NCBI GenBank assembly: GCA_963793265.1
Contig: CAWBZI010000001.1
Span: 128,001 to 192,000 of the forward strand
DNA: 64,000 nucleotides
Reading direction: 5' to 3'
Origin: an uncultured cyanobacterium
GTDB lineage: Bacteria; Cyanobacteriota; Cyanobacteriia; Phormidesmidales; Phormidesmidaceae
In this document: in pieces, positions 52,520-63,511 of the stretch
Position numbering within the stretch: position 1 is the first letter of the stretch
How the letters are laid out: every line of letters starts with the position of its first letter
The notes under the pieces: generated by a model
Databases searched by the model: none
What the model was told of the DNA's origin: nothing
Seen by the model: only the letters and a program-made list of their open reading frames with translations
Translations under genes and position numbers: made by a program

Positions 52520-53608
52520 ATGACTCGTCCTTTTCTTTCGCTCGTAATTCCGATGAGGGAAGGGTTTTCTGCCCACTGGCTACAAGAGCTGCTCAAGGTC
52601 AAAGGCAATATTGAATTTATTTTGGTACATCCTGCTGGGGTGAAGCCTGAACCGTATGCAGATAGCCGAATGCGCCAGCTTATCAGTCCTTTTCGCGGTG
52701 AGATCATTCAGCGGCTCACGGGTTTGCTTAACGCCACAGGCACCTACGTTCTCACTTTTAACTGCGATGAATACATAAACCCCGACACGCCCGCGATTGC
52801 TGAGCGCTACTTTCAGCAGTTTCCTAATAGCTGGGTAATGCGCTTAGCTAAAGACGAATACGAGTATGGCGACACAGCAGCGCTCAATGCACCCTGGGTC
52901 GATTTGCCAGAAGCCTTGAACCAAATTCCGGTTTGTCGTAAAGCTGACAATAATTTGCGGCTATACGAAGAGGAAGGGCGGATGCTGGAAATTCCGATTG
53001 CACCGATGCACAATCGGTTTGACCTGGGCTGCATTTGGCGCGGGCGGCGCGATCATCTTGGGCCTCATGCCGAAAACTTTGATAAGAAAGTATGGATTAA
53101 TGCCATGGTGCAGGAGGCTTTGCAGGAAGTCATGCAGGGCTTTAAGCTAGCTGGCCCGATTAAATATTTGCCGTTTTGGTGCTTGGATCGGCTGCTGGGA
53201 CTGGCTTTGCAGGCTAAATTCTATGATGCGGCTCAGCCTGAGAAGGTGATCGGACACAAGCTGCCAGGGCCCGCGCAGCTACGGGTGGAAGACAATCCGC
53301 CGGAGTATCGCCGTCGCGGTCGGTTCTATCTGTTTGCAGAGATCATTTTGCTGCGTCGGTTTCCTCAGTACGGCTACATTTGGAATTTGACAATTCACCA
53401 AATTCGGGAGTTTCCCGTGCGAAGCTTTTTGGCGGTTCAGCGTAAGCTTGCCAGCAAGTCGGTAGCGGTGCCTGCGGCGGTTCAGGTGTCGCCCGTGGCA
53501 GATCCGCTGCCTGAGGTTCAGCTAATAGATATTCAGTCGGAAGTGAAGCCTGCTGCTTTAGGGCAGGTTGTGGAGATGCCTTCGTCTGACGTGAAGTCGG
53601 TGGCCTGA
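52520..53608 (+). CDS. Putative GT-A fold (GT2-like) protein
   Basis: LSLVIP N-terminus, EFILV and GTYVLTFNCDEY (DxD-like position); located in a polysaccharide cluster. Confidence 0.5.
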   Translation: MTRPFLSLVIPMREGFSAHWLQELLKVKGNIEFILVHPAGVKPEPYADSRMRQLISPFRGEIIQRLTGLLNATGTYVLTFNCDEYINPDTPAIAERYFQQFPNSWVMRLAKDEYEYGDTAALNAPWVDLPEALNQIPVCRKADNNLRLYEEEGRMLEIPIAPMHNRFDLGCIWRGRRDHLGPHAENFDKKVWINAMVQEALQEVMQGFKLAGPIKYLPFWCLDRLLGLALQAKFYDAAQPEKVIGHKLPGPAQLRVEDNPPEYRRRGRFYLFAEIILLRRFPQYGYIWNLTIHQIREFPVRSFLAVQRKLASKSVAVPAAVQVSPVADPLPEVQLIDIQSEVKPAALGQVVEMPSSDVKSVA

Positions 53609-54727
53609 TTACAAATAGCGCTTTAGTACCTCTACCGTCGCGCGGCCTGTTTTTGCCCAGCTAAACTGCCTTGCGCGCTGTAGGCTGGCCTGGCTGAGCT
53701 GATGGCGCATTTGTGAGTCGGTGGCGATCGCCCCCATCGCCCCAGCAATCTCTTCAAAATTCATCGGATCGATCAAATAAGCTGCATCTCCTACCACTTC
53801 GGGCAAAGAAGCCACCGCCGAGACGATGACCGGGGTGCCGCAGGCCATTGCTTCTAGCACAGGAAAACCAAACCCTTCCCACAGGCTCGGAAAGACTAGG
53901 GCAATAGCACCGCTAAGTAAGGCGGGTAGCTGATCGTAGGGGACGTAGCTGAGGAATTTTATACGCGATCGCACCCCCAATTCCTCAGCTAGCTTTTCCA
54001 GCTCAGGCGTATAGCGAGCATCTGTCGGCCCGGCAATCAGCAAATCATAATCATCAGACCGTTTTTTAGCAGATAGTTTAGAAAGTGCGTGAATAGCCGC
54101 GCTCACATTTTTGTAAGGCGCTTGCCTGCCCAGCATCAAAAAATAAGGTTGGCTCACCTCAAAGCCGTCCGGCAAATCAGGCTTAGCTTCAACGGGCCTA
54201 AAGTTATCAGCGTCGTAAGCCAGCAGGATAGGCGATAGCTTACGAGCTGGAATGCCGTAAAAATCTATGACATCGCGCGCGGTCGCCTCGCTATTGCAGA
54301 TGATGTGATCGGCTTGAGCAAGTACCTGCGGAATGTAATAGCGGTAGTAGTATTTAATCGCGCCGAAGTCTTTTGGAAAGCGCAGAGGGATAAGGTCGTG
54401 AAAAGTGACCACTGACCGATAGCAACGGGCGGATCTTATGCCTGGTAGCGTGAGCGGAATTTCGGGGATGGGTGAGAAGAGTAGAGAGGATGAGTGTGAT
54501 CGCACAAACTTCTCAAGCTGAAATTGAGTCCACCATAACCGTCGCAGGTGTCCGGCAGTGCCTTCAGCCGCCGTCATATTATCGGGAACTGGGATGTAGA
54601 GAGGTAGGCCGCTCGCTGGCGTCGCGAGAAAATCAGGCGAAAGTTCTGCGAGATAAGGCAGCAGGTTTAAAGCGTAGCTAGTGGTGCCTGTAGGCCGGTT
54701 GAGTAGGTAGGTCAGATTGATCAGCAT
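53609..54727 (-). CDS. Glycosyltransferase family 4
   Basis: [36 protein letters not shown]. Confidence 0.92.
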   Translation of the reverse strand: MLINLTYLLNRPTGTTSYALNLLPYLAELSPDFLATPASGLPLYIPVPDNMTAAEGTAGHLRRLWWTQFQLEKFVRSHSSSLLFSPIPEIPLTLPGIRSARCYRSVVTFHDLIPLRFPKDFGAIKYYYRYYIPQVLAQADHIICNSEATARDVIDFYGIPARKLSPILLAYDADNFRPVEAKPDLPDGFEVSQPYFLMLGRQAPYKNVSAAIHALSKLSAKKRSDDYDLLIAGPTDARYTPELEKLAEELGVRSRIKFLSYVPYDQLPALLSGAIALVFPSLWEGFGFPVLEAMACGTPVIVSAVASLPEVVGDAAYLIDPMNFEEIAGAMGAIATDSQMRHQLSQASLQRARQFSWAKTGRATVEVLKRYL

Positions 54728-54731
54728 CGGC

Positions 54732-55763
54732 TCAAACAGCAGGGGGGCCAGCGGGTGGACGAGTGCGCGGAGCTTTGAGGAAGTGCCGTAGACCTAACCA
54801 TCGGCCTTTGGCAGCAGCCCGATCACTCATCCGTAGCCATAGCGACTGCATAAATAAATAGATCAGGTTCAAGCCCAAAGCAAAAACCGTCGCGTGGCGG
54901 CGCAAAAAGGTGAGCTTGCTAAAGGTGGCATGAACGTACTTGGGCTGAGTGTAGCGGCCTGTGATGCTAGAAACGGCGTGGACGACAAGCGGAACTGGGG
55001 CGATCGCAATCATTTCTCCTTTTTGAAAATAGCGCTCGCACAGGTCGCAGTCTTCGTAGTACAAAAAGTAAGTTTCATCAAACTGGGGGCAGTGGCCGAG
55101 CACGCCTAAGTTGAGCAGCATACTACAGCCGCTTACCCAGCGCGTCGGCCTCGGACGACCCAGCGGATCGCGGATCTCTCGGTGAGAAGAAATTGAGCCC
55201 GTCCAGCGATTAAACCGACCGCTGCCAAACCATAGCTTGCTGTCTTCGCCTAAGATCGGCGTGCCTAAAATAGCAATCTCTTGATAGTCAAAGCACTGGC
55301 GAACAATTGCGACCGCCTCGGGAAGCAGGCGAGCATCCGGGTTAATTAGCCATACAATCGCACGGGGCGATCGCGCATAAATCCACTGCAAGCCCAAATT
55401 ACAGCCCGACCCAAAGCCACCGTTCTCAGGCGCATCTAATACTGTTACCTGTCCGCCTGCGTAGGTGTGTCCATTCAGCCCATGCACCGCGCGATCGCTC
55501 GGTGAGTTATTCACAATCACAATCCCCTGGTTCTCTTCCAGGGTATGCATCAAATCACTGATGAGCGCCGCACTGTAGTAGTTCACGCTCAAAAAGTACA
55601 GAGGTGGTGGGCCTAGTGGCACTGGCGACTTTTGAGACAGCGCTTGAGGCTCACAGAGATCTGAAGACTCGTACTCAATCTCTATTTTGAAACCACTCTC
55701 ATCCGGCTGCGAGCCGTTTTGGTTCTTAGCTTCTGGTGAGGATGAATCTGTCTCAAACATCAT
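54732..55763 (-). CDS. Glycosyltransferase family 2 (rhamnosyltransferase-like)
   Basis: VNY, NGGFGSGCNLG, LINPDA, WVSGCSML, FDETYFLYYEDCDLC. Confidence 0.88.
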   Translation of the reverse strand: MMFETDSSSPEAKNQNGSQPDESGFKIEIEYESSDLCEPQALSQKSPVPLGPPPLYFLSVNYYSAALISDLMHTLEENQGIVIVNNSPSDRAVHGLNGHTYAGGQVTVLDAPENGGFGSGCNLGLQWIYARSPRAIVWLINPDARLLPEAVAIVRQCFDYQEIAILGTPILGEDSKLWFGSGRFNRWTGSISSHREIRDPLGRPRPTRWVSGCSMLLNLGVLGHCPQFDETYFLYYEDCDLCERYFQKGEMIAIAPVPLVVHAVSSITGRYTQPKYVHATFSKLTFLRRHATVFALGLNLIYLFMQSLWLRMSDRAAAKGRWLGLRHFLKAPRTRPPAGPPAV

Positions 55764-56721
55764 GAGCCTGCCCCCGAAAGCGCTTCACCTGATCGGCGGT
55801 GGCTTTTAGCGCAGCGTATGTCAGGCTAAACCACTGGCGCGATCGCTGCTTTTGCAGCATCGGATGCTTTAAATACTTTTGCCATACGTGAGGCGGCGTA
55901 AACGTATAGCGATCGCGCTGCAAAACATCAGCCGGAAGCCGCTGCGGCTCAGCAATCTGATGATCGACCTGATACAGCAAAGACGGGCGCGCCCAGCCTC
56001 GATCGACTGAATCTTGCACGGTGGCCCGGCTAATTGCACCAGCGGTGACTGCCTTTAAAAGCGCACTGCACCATATGCTCGCTAACGGATTGACCGTCGA
56101 GAGCCAGGGCTGACGGGGCATGTCGGTGTAGTGCAAAAGGGCCGTCCGCATAGGGTCATAGCATTCGAGATCGTTCCAGCCTAAAGGCAAAGCGGCTATT
56201 TTTCTAGGCGCAGGACTCATTTCTAAGACGAATTGCTGATATGTCCAGGTTCCCCGCTGCAACGCATCAACTAACTGTGTTGGGTTCCACTGAAGCTGCG
56301 CGCAGTTGAGCAGCATGACACTGTATTGAGGCGATCGCACCGACCCTACCGGCTCTGGCACCGACAGCAAATCGGCCTGCTCAGCGTCTAAGCGATCATC
56401 TGTTTGCTTAAAGGGCTGCTGCCAAATCTCACTGATATCACGAAAAACCAGCATGTCTGAGTCAAGATAAATCGCCCTGCCCTGATATTGGCAAAGTTTT
56501 GGAATAGCAAACCGCTGAAAGGTAAAGGGCGTACGCGGCCTAAGCTGAGGATCAGTAGGTGTTGGAATCTCAATACCAGCGGCGGCTACCGCTTCATAAA
56601 GCGGCCTTATTTCTACGGCGTGCTGCGTGTGGCTCACAATCGAGTGCGTCAATACAGCCGTAGCCAAACTTTGCTCTATCTGCGTACCCAAATAAATTTT
56701 AATTGGCGGGGTAGAAGACAC
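55753..56721 (-). CDS. GT8-like (CDI-like) nucleotide-diphospho-sugar transferase
   Basis: IYLG, HSI, TPFTFQRFAIP, RAIYLDSDMLV, SVMLLNC, LPLGWN, LHYT..QPW; in-frame GTG at 56721 just after the kdsC stop preferred as start. Confidence 0.72.
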   Translation of the reverse strand: MSSTPPIKIYLGTQIEQSLATAVLTHSIVSHTQHAVEIRPLYEAVAAAGIEIPTPTDPQLRPRTPFTFQRFAIPKLCQYQGRAIYLDSDMLVFRDISEIWQQPFKQTDDRLDAEQADLLSVPEPVGSVRSPQYSVMLLNCAQLQWNPTQLVDALQRGTWTYQQFVLEMSPAPRKIAALPLGWNDLECYDPMRTALLHYTDMPRQPWLSTVNPLASIWCSALLKAVTAGAISRATVQDSVDRGWARPSLLYQVDHQIAEPQRLPADVLQRDRYTFTPPHVWQKYLKHPMLQKQRSRQWFSLTYAALKATADQVKRFRGQAHDV

Positions 56722-56726
56722 GGAAA

Positions 56727-57242
56727 TTAGCGTTGGGTCTGCTTTTGGGCGGTAATGATGCGATCGCACACTTCACGAACAGCCGCCTGCCCGCCGTCAC
56801 GCTGCGTAACATGCACCGCGCAGTCGATGTTTTCAGGCATCGCATCGGCAACCGTCATCGGCGTGCCCACGGCTTGCATCACAGGCAGATCGCTTAAGTC
56901 ATCTCCCATACTAGCCACCTGAGTGAGATTAATATTCAGGCGATCGCACAGTTCTTTTAGCGTCTTCAGCTTGTCTTTTACGTTAATAAATACGTGCTGA
57001 ACGTTTAGCCGCTGCGCCCGATGCAGCGTCGCTTCCGACGAATTAGCCGAAATAATCGCCACATCCACCCCCGAGTTAATCAGCCGCTTGATACCCAGAC
57101 CATCTTTGACGTTGAACTTTTTTAAGATCTCGCCCGATTCGGTATAGTACAGACCACCGTCCGTCAAAATACCGTCTACATCTAACACCAAAAGCCTGAC
57201 TGAGGCCAGCCGAGCTGTGAGGGCATCGTTAGAAAGAACCAT
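56727..57242 (-). CDS. kdsC: KdsC/YrbI family HAD phosphatase
   Basis: LDVDGILTDG, FNVKDGLGI, GDDLSDL, GGQAAVRE. Confidence 0.85.
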   Translation of the reverse strand: MVLSNDALTARLASVRLLVLDVDGILTDGGLYYTESGEILKKFNVKDGLGIKRLINSGVDVAIISANSSEATLHRAQRLNVQHVFINVKDKLKTLKELCDRLNINLTQVASMGDDLSDLPVMQAVGTPMTVADAMPENIDCAVHVTQRDGGQAAVREVCDRIITAQKQTQR

Positions 57243-57431
57243 TGAAAACTACCGCATTTTCCAAGCACTCTCTTCCTAGAGTATGCTTATTCGGGATCAA
57301 TCCAGCCAAGTCAGGCCAGATAGGGGGCAAAAGGAGGGACACTTGTCTTTAATGACACAGTTCGTAAAAATTGGATGGATACGATCGGTATGATTTCTAA
57401 GTTGCATTGTTAGTGTTCGGTCTTTTGCGCC

Positions 57432-58361
57432 ATGTCTCCTTCCAACTATGCTCTGACCCAATACACCGAAGCCCCAGCGATTAAAACGCTCGATTTATCA
57501 GCAGCAGGCACCGAAAAGCTGATTGCCTTTGGCGAAGGGCAGCGGCAAAAGTACCTCAACAGCGCGCCTTTTCCTCATCTTATTATTGATAACTTATTTG
57601 ATAACGCGTTGCTGACAGACGTGCTGCGCAATGTCGAGAACCTGGAGCATCCGATTGCTAAAAACTTCTACGGCTCTATTAAAAAGTTTGCTACGCCCGA
57701 TCCACAGGCACTGGGGCCAACGGCAAAGCGCTTTTTGCTTGATTTGTGTTCCTCTCGGTTTTGCCTATTTTTAGAAGCGCTTACAGGCATAGAAGGCATT
57801 ATTCCCGACCCACACTTTGAAGGCGGCGGCGTGCATGAGATGGCTCAGGGCGGCTTTTTGAAAATGCACTCAGACTTCAACTGGCATAAAAAGCTGCGGC
57901 TAGACCGACGGCTGAACATGCTGATATATCTCAACCCAGACTGGCAAGATAGCTGGGGCGGACACTTAGAGCTATGGGATAGCGAGATGAAAAATCAATT
58001 TATTAAAGTGCCGCCTGCTTTTAATAAAACGGTGATTTTCTCGACGACTGACTATTCCTTTCACGGCCTGCCGAATCCTTTGGAGTGCCCTGAGAATGTA
58101 AAGCGGCGATCGCTAGCCCTCTATTACTACAGCAACGGTCGCCCCAAAGGGGAAGTGAAATTTCACCAAAGCACAGGTACACAGTATAGAGAGCGGCCCA
58201 ATGAGATCTTTACACCACCGCATACCGTAGCGACAGGCGGTTTGTATAGGCGGTCTAGGCAAATGAATCTACAGCAGTCGGTGAAAAAAACATTGAAGAA
58301 ATCACTGCCTAAGTCGCTGATAGACCTTTATAAAGCCGGTAAGCGATCGCTCCGTGGCTAA
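57432..58361 (+). CDS. 2OG-Fe(II) oxygenase
   Basis: PFPH, GGGVH, HSDFN (HxD), RRLN..YLN, WGGHLELW, HG, RRSLALYYY. Confidence 0.88.
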   Translation: MSPSNYALTQYTEAPAIKTLDLSAAGTEKLIAFGEGQRQKYLNSAPFPHLIIDNLFDNALLTDVLRNVENLEHPIAKNFYGSIKKFATPDPQALGPTAKRFLLDLCSSRFCLFLEALTGIEGIIPDPHFEGGGVHEMAQGGFLKMHSDFNWHKKLRLDRRLNMLIYLNPDWQDSWGGHLELWDSEMKNQFIKVPPAFNKTVIFSTTDYSFHGLPNPLECPENVKRRSLALYYYSNGRPKGEVKFHQSTGTQYRERPNEIFTPPHTVATGGLYRRSRQMNLQQSVKKTLKKSLPKSLIDLYKAGKRSLRG

Positions 58362-58423
58362 CAGACCAAAGCTTTCTCAGAAAATCCTCTCATCAAACAT
58401 CTAGAAATCTCTTCAAAAGCCCT

Positions 58424-59236
58424 ATGAATCTGCTGACGCCCCTTAAAAACGTTTTTCGCTCAAAACCTCAGGCTTCTGACTGCTTCAACCAGCAGCTCAT
58501 TCAAGACTTTGACCCTACTCACTTCACCACTCGTCAGCCCTTCCCCTGGTACAACTTTCAATCTCTCTTAACTGACGAGACATTTCAAAGTCTCTATGAT
58601 GAGTTTCCATCGCTAGACTTCTTTGAGCAGCATGAGGGACTCTCTCGCAAGTACGGGCAGCGATCGCACGACCGCTACTATCTGGCATATGAGGAGACTA
58701 TTTATAAAAAAGAGGGAGACAAAAAAGAGGAAGGCGATTGCGAAAAAGGCGTCATTCGTCACGAACAGCTCTCGCCTAGCTGGCAAGCGTTTATGGACGG
58801 ACTGCTCAACGATCCTAGCTACCGACAGTTCATCTGCAATCTGCTCGGCGTCAAACACTTTACCGCTCGCTATGCCTGGCACGTAGCCACAGCAGGCCGC
58901 TCAGTCTCTCCCCACATAGACGCCCGCAACAAAATCGGCACCCATATTTTCTACTTCAACACCCAGGGCGACTGGCAGCAAGCGTGGGGCGGGTCAACCC
59001 TAGTATTAGGCGATAAAAATTACGAAGGGATGAATCCTGAGATCTCCGACTTTGGCACCGTAGAAGCGGTCGAAGTCATGGACAACCGCAGCTTCTTATT
59101 TAAAAACCAGCCGGAAGCCTGGCACGCGGTAGATACGATTAACTGTCCGCCTGACACCTATCGCCGTATCTTTAACGTTATTTTTGAAATTCCAAAAGGA
59201 GAAAAGCTCAAACGAAAGCTGTTTGCTGAAAAGTAG
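58424..59236 (+). CDS. 2OG-Fe(II) oxygenase
   Basis: PFPW, SPHID (HxD), WGGST, WHAV, RRIFNV. Confidence 0.8.
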   Translation: MNLLTPLKNVFRSKPQASDCFNQQLIQDFDPTHFTTRQPFPWYNFQSLLTDETFQSLYDEFPSLDFFEQHEGLSRKYGQRSHDRYYLAYEETIYKKEGDKKEEGDCEKGVIRHEQLSPSWQAFMDGLLNDPSYRQFICNLLGVKHFTARYAWHVATAGRSVSPHIDARNKIGTHIFYFNTQGDWQQAWGGSTLVLGDKNYEGMNPEISDFGTVEAVEVMDNRSFLFKNQPEAWHAVDTINCPPDTYRRIFNVIFEIPKGEKLKRKLFAEK

Positions 59237-59434
59237 CACCAGGAAAACAACGATAGACGCTCTCTGCCCAGGGAAGTAAATCGAGTGGCATAACCCCTGC
59301 TGTAGAGCTACTAGCAATGTCTACCTTTAGACCATTTAGCTAAAAAAATGGTTTCACTAAGCTGTGAACAGCAATAGGCAAGCCATGAATAGGGTTTACC
59401 TTTCGCTTAACTCACAAACTGGAACCGTTCTTCG

Positions 59435-59890
59435 ATGACATATACCACACTAGACAGTGTTAAACCCCCTCTCGATAAGTTCAACACATTTGACGCCGAC
59501 ACTAAGCTAGCTTTGCTATGGCGCGGCTATTTAGATCTCAAAGACAATCTTGAACCCAACCCAAGCAACGACGTTGAGGTTTTGGGTGGCGCTTTGGTCA
59601 ACCAAATCAAAGAGATGTCTGAAGAGGAGCAATTGCAGGCTCAAAGAGACGTTGTAAACAGCGCTGATACGGCTATTAGTAAAGAATATGGCGCGCTCAG
59701 CACGAGCGGCATGTTAGAGTTTTGGCTACTGCTAGCTCAAGGCATGGAAGCAGGCAGCGTCGTCAACGTACCTGACGACTACGAGCTACCCGAAGAAACG
59801 GGTGAGTTCGTTGATATGATTAAAGACTACGACTTTGAAGAGAAAGTGAACTTCACGCGCAATGCTGTAGCGCAGATGGGTTCTAAATAG
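59435..59890 (+). CDS. Helical carotenoid protein (stand-alone OCP N-terminal domain)
   Basis: D.KLALLW..Y, EEQLQ..RD, ISKEYG, FW..LAQGM..G.V...P..Y, R.AV..MG; 151 aa. Confidence 0.85.
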   Translation: MTYTTLDSVKPPLDKFNTFDADTKLALLWRGYLDLKDNLEPNPSNDVEVLGGALVNQIKEMSEEEQLQAQRDVVNSADTAISKEYGALSTSGMLEFWLLLAQGMEAGSVVNVPDDYELPEETGEFVDMIKDYDFEEKVNFTRNAVAQMGSK

Positions 59891-59915
59891 ACTTGTACGC
59901 ATGAACCTGTGCGCT

Positions 59916-59985
59916 AAAAAGGCTCCCAATATATTGAGAGCCTTCTGTTTTCAATCATTGCCTGCCGATTATTCGACGGCAGGCA
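59916..59985. terminator. Two stem-loops between the convergent HCP and dps genes
   Basis: AAGGCTCCCAAT/ATTGAGAGCCTT and TGCCTGCCG/CGGCAGGCA. Confidence 0.6.
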
Positions 59986-59996
59986 TTCGACGATCA

Positions 59997-60503
59997 TCAT
60001 CCAACCAGATGAGCTTCTAAGAACCAAAGGCGCTTATCGATAGTCCGAGAGATCTCAACATACAAATCATTTGTATCTTGATCGCCTAGCTCATCGGCTT
60101 TATCAATACTTGCACGCAGGTGCTTAGCATATGCAGCGTAGCGATCGGCTAACGCAGCGACATGCTCCATGCCACCGACAGCTTCAAAGTCATACTCAGG
60201 CAAAATTGACTCGCTCGCAGCAATTCGTACGGTGCCCATCGCCGTTCCTGCTAGCGCGGTGACACGCTCGGCTACCATATCGGCGTATTCCTCAAGCTCG
60301 CCTGCCATCTCATCGAATAGCAGATGAAGCTGATAGAAGTCTTTGCCCTTAACATTCCAGTGAGCCTGCTTGGTTTGAGTACGCAGGTCGGTTGTCGCTG
60401 CCAACGTGGTGTTGAGCATTTCGACGACTGGCTTGCGAGTGTCAAGCGGTAGATCTATCCGGGTGGGATAAAAGACGGGTTTGGAAGCTGTTGTTGAAAC
60501 CAT
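59997..60503 (-). CDS. dps: DNA starvation/stationary phase protection protein Dps
   Basis: KQAHWNVKG, LHLLFDE, DMVAER, DKRLWFLEAH; start taken at ATG 60503. Confidence 0.95.
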   Translation of the reverse strand: MVSTTASKPVFYPTRIDLPLDTRKPVVEMLNTTLAATTDLRTQTKQAHWNVKGKDFYQLHLLFDEMAGELEEYADMVAERVTALAGTAMGTVRIAASESILPEYDFEAVGGMEHVAALADRYAAYAKHLRASIDKADELGDQDTNDLYVEISRTIDKRLWFLEAHLVG

Positions 60504-60766
60504 AAGAGTCTCCAAAAATTAAAGGGGTCTAAACGCTTTTAGAGCAGATAGCTGTAAAAGAGCGCCTCAGAGCAGCGGTAAACGCTAAGAATAGCGCAGG
60601 TGCTTTTTAGCTATTGTTCCATGATTTACGATTTCACAGATTGCTCAGGTGGTAAAACCCCTATCGAACTTCTATATTATACTCATAACGACTTCGCTTT
60701 AGCAATCTTTTACTAGCGGATATCCACCCCAAAAGGTTACTACTGAGGACTTGTATAATCTTTATT

Positions 60767-61681
60767 ATGAAAGTTTCCTGGGCTCAGCAAACAATTCCTA
60801 CTGACCTTCGGCCTTATGTTGCGTACCGGCAACAGGTTAAAGCTGATGAGCGATCGCACCTCCAAGCACGTCATCAATTGGGCATGGCGCAAGCACAGCG
60901 ACTCGCAGAGATCCTTAAAACGAAGTTTGGCGCTACTAGGGTCGTTTTATTTGGCTCTATGCTTTCAGCTAGTGACATTCATATGAGTTCAGACATTGAC
61001 CTGGCCGTATGGGGTTTACCAGTTGAGAAGTATCTGTCGGCGCTCGGCCATTTGCTGATGAGCGCTAAAGAATTTAGTGTGGATTTGGTACGTATTGAAG
61101 AAGCGCCATCTAGCCTTAAAGCTTATATATTGCGAGAAGGTCTGACGCTAGATGCAGCAGCGCCAACGGTTCATCCAAGCAATTCACTCACCATTAGTAG
61201 GTTGACTGTGGCAAGATATGCCGTCTTGATAGCCCGAATTAAGCGAGAGATAGCGGATATTGAAGCTCAATATGAGCAGACGCGATCACAAATAGAAGTC
61301 GCCCGCGAAACCGATCAAAACGCCTACTGGATGGCTGTAAGCCTGGGTCTGCATGGAATCTACAGCGGCCTGGAGAAAATCTTTGAGCAGATAGCGCGTA
61401 ATGTGGACAGCAGTCTTAATAAGCAGTCCGAACGATGGCATAAAGATCTGCTAGAGCAAATGGCGATCGCGCTGCCGAACATTCGCCCCGCCATCATCGA
61501 CGAACCAACCTTTCACGCGCTCGAAAAGTATCTATCATTTCGTCACGTCGTTCGCAGCAACTACGCCTACAGACTTGAACCTGAAAGAATAGACGATAAT
61601 TTCCAAACATTAGAAAACGCTTACGACTTGCTCATTCAGCAACTCCTCAACCACTGCAACTTTCTAGCCGCGATTGATTAA
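60767..61681 (+). CDS. Fused minimal nucleotidyltransferase (MNT) and HEPN (HepT-like) protein
   Basis: N-half VLFGS-X11-DIDLAV and VDLV; C-half [34 protein letters not shown]; one reading frame. Confidence 0.85.
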   Translation: MKVSWAQQTIPTDLRPYVAYRQQVKADERSHLQARHQLGMAQAQRLAEILKTKFGATRVVLFGSMLSASDIHMSSDIDLAVWGLPVEKYLSALGHLLMSAKEFSVDLVRIEEAPSSLKAYILREGLTLDAAAPTVHPSNSLTISRLTVARYAVLIARIKREIADIEAQYEQTRSQIEVARETDQNAYWMAVSLGLHGIYSGLEKIFEQIARNVDSSLNKQSERWHKDLLEQMAIALPNIRPAIIDEPTFHALEKYLSFRHVVRSNYAYRLEPERIDDNFQTLENAYDLLIQQLLNHCNFLAAID

Positions 61682-61803
61682 GCAATTACCCTAAATACGT
61701 CCGGGATGATAGCGATAGAGCTACAATGACCCCGTGTAAAACCTATCTATATATATACGCCATATACCTGCTTAATAGCGACCTCTACACCCACGAAGCC
61801 TTT

Positions 61804-63297
61804 ATGACTGCCGCTGCACCTGCAAAGACCACTGCTGCCTCCAAATACGAAGCCGTCATTGGGCTAGAAACCCACTGTCAGCTCAGCACAGAGACTAAAA
61901 TTTTCTCTACTAGCTCTGCGGCTTTCGGCGCTGATCCCAACATGCATGTCGATCCGGTGACGATGGGGCTGCCGGGCGTATTGCCTGTACTCAACGAAAA
62001 AGTTTTGGAGTACGCCGTCAAAGCAGGACTGGCGCTGAACTGTCAAATTGCGCCCTATAGCAAGTTCGACCGCAAGCAGTACTTCTATCCCGACTTGCCC
62101 AAGAACTATCAAATCTCTCAGTTTGACTTGCCAATTGCTGAGCATGGCTGGCTAGAAATTGAAATTCTCAAAGAAGGCAAACCCTTCCGTAAGCGCATCG
62201 GGGTCACTCGTCTGCACATGGAAGAAGATGCAGGCAAGCTGGTTCATGCTGGAAGTGACCTAGCAGGCGCAGCCTATTCGCTAGTGGACTACAACCGAGC
62301 GGGCGTGCCTTTAATTGAGATCGTTTCCGAGCCAGATATTCGCTCGGGCGAGGAAGCTGCTGCCTATGCCGAAGAAATTCGCCGGATTATTCGGTATCTG
62401 GGCGTGGGTGATGGCAACATGCAGGAGGGCTCGCTGCGCTGTGACGTGAATATTTCGGTGCGACCAGTGGGGCGTGAGGAATTTGGGACGAAGGTTGAGA
62501 TTAAGAATATGAATAGCTTTAGTGCGATCACTAAAGCTATTGATTACGAAATTGAGCGCCAGGTTGCCGCCGTTGAAGCGGGCGAGCCCATCTACCAGGA
62601 GACTCGCCTGTGGGAAGAAGGCCCCGGTCGCACCAAAAGTATGCGGATGAAAGAGGGCTCTAGCGACTATCGCTACTTTCCTGAGCCAGATTTGCCGCCG
62701 ATTGAAGTGTCGGTAGAGCAGCTTGACGCGTGGAAATCGGAGCTGCCTGAGCTACCAGCGGAAAAACGCAAGCGCTACGTTGATGATTTGGGCCTTTCGC
62801 CCTATGACACAGGCGTGATTGCAGACGATCGGGCGGTGGCCGAGTACTTTGAGCAGGCCATTTCTACCGGCGCTGACACTAAGCTTGTCGTCAACTGGAT
62901 TATGAGCGACATTGCTGGGTATCTTAATGCCGAAAAGCTGAGCATTACCGAGATTAAGCTAACGCCTGATGCTTTGGCTGAGATGGTGAAGCTGATTGAA
63001 GACGGCACTATTAGCAATAAAATCGGCAAAGATATTTTGCCAGAACTGCTAGAAAAAGGCGGATCTCCTAAGAAAATTGTGGAGAGTAAAGGACTCAGCC
63101 AGATTTCTGACCCGGCTAAGATCGAGGCTATGATTGACGAGGTATTAGCCGCCAACCCCGACGAGCTAGCTAAGTTCCGAGCGGGTAAAACGAAACTAAA
63201 AGGCTTCTTTGTCGGTCAGGTCATGAAGCAAACTGGCGGACGCGCCGATCCTAAGCTGACCAATCAGCTCCTTGGAAAGAAGCTAGCAGGCTCATAA
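61804..63297 (+). CDS. gatB: Asp/Glu-tRNA amidotransferase subunit B
   Basis: [51 protein letters not shown]; start taken at ATG 61804. Confidence 0.97.
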   Translation: MTAAAPAKTTAASKYEAVIGLETHCQLSTETKIFSTSSAAFGADPNMHVDPVTMGLPGVLPVLNEKVLEYAVKAGLALNCQIAPYSKFDRKQYFYPDLPKNYQISQFDLPIAEHGWLEIEILKEGKPFRKRIGVTRLHMEEDAGKLVHAGSDLAGAAYSLVDYNRAGVPLIEIVSEPDIRSGEEAAAYAEEIRRIIRYLGVGDGNMQEGSLRCDVNISVRPVGREEFGTKVEIKNMNSFSAITKAIDYEIERQVAAVEAGEPIYQETRLWEEGPGRTKSMRMKEGSSDYRYFPEPDLPPIEVSVEQLDAWKSELPELPAEKRKRYVDDLGLSPYDTGVIADDRAVAEYFEQAISTGADTKLVVNWIMSDIAGYLNAEKLSITEIKLTPDALAEMVKLIEDGTISNKIGKDILPELLEKGGSPKKIVESKGLSQISDPAKIEAMIDEVLAANPDELAKFRAGKTKLKGFFVGQVMKQTGGRADPKLTNQLLGKKLAGS

Positions 63298-63451
63298 CAG
63301 GCTATATCCAGCTCCTATAGCCTGTTTCATACGCTCCGCGTGGTAGACAGTTCGTGATTACGCTCACAAATTCTAGAATACGGACGTATAATTCTAAAAT
63401 AAGTACAAAGAGGGGTTTCGCCCCTCACCCCTCACGTGCCATAATGTGTAC

Positions 63452-63511
63452 ATGTAGATGCACCCTGATGGTAGGGAGAGTCACCAATTCGATTTGGGGC
63501 TCTCCTTTTTT
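63452..63511 (+). ncRNA. Candidate small RNA of about 60 nt
   Basis: Extended -10 TGCCATAAT at 63437..63445; 5' segment GTAGATGCACCCTGA; terminator GGAGAGTCACCAA...TTGGGGCTCTCC followed by T6. Confidence 0.5.
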
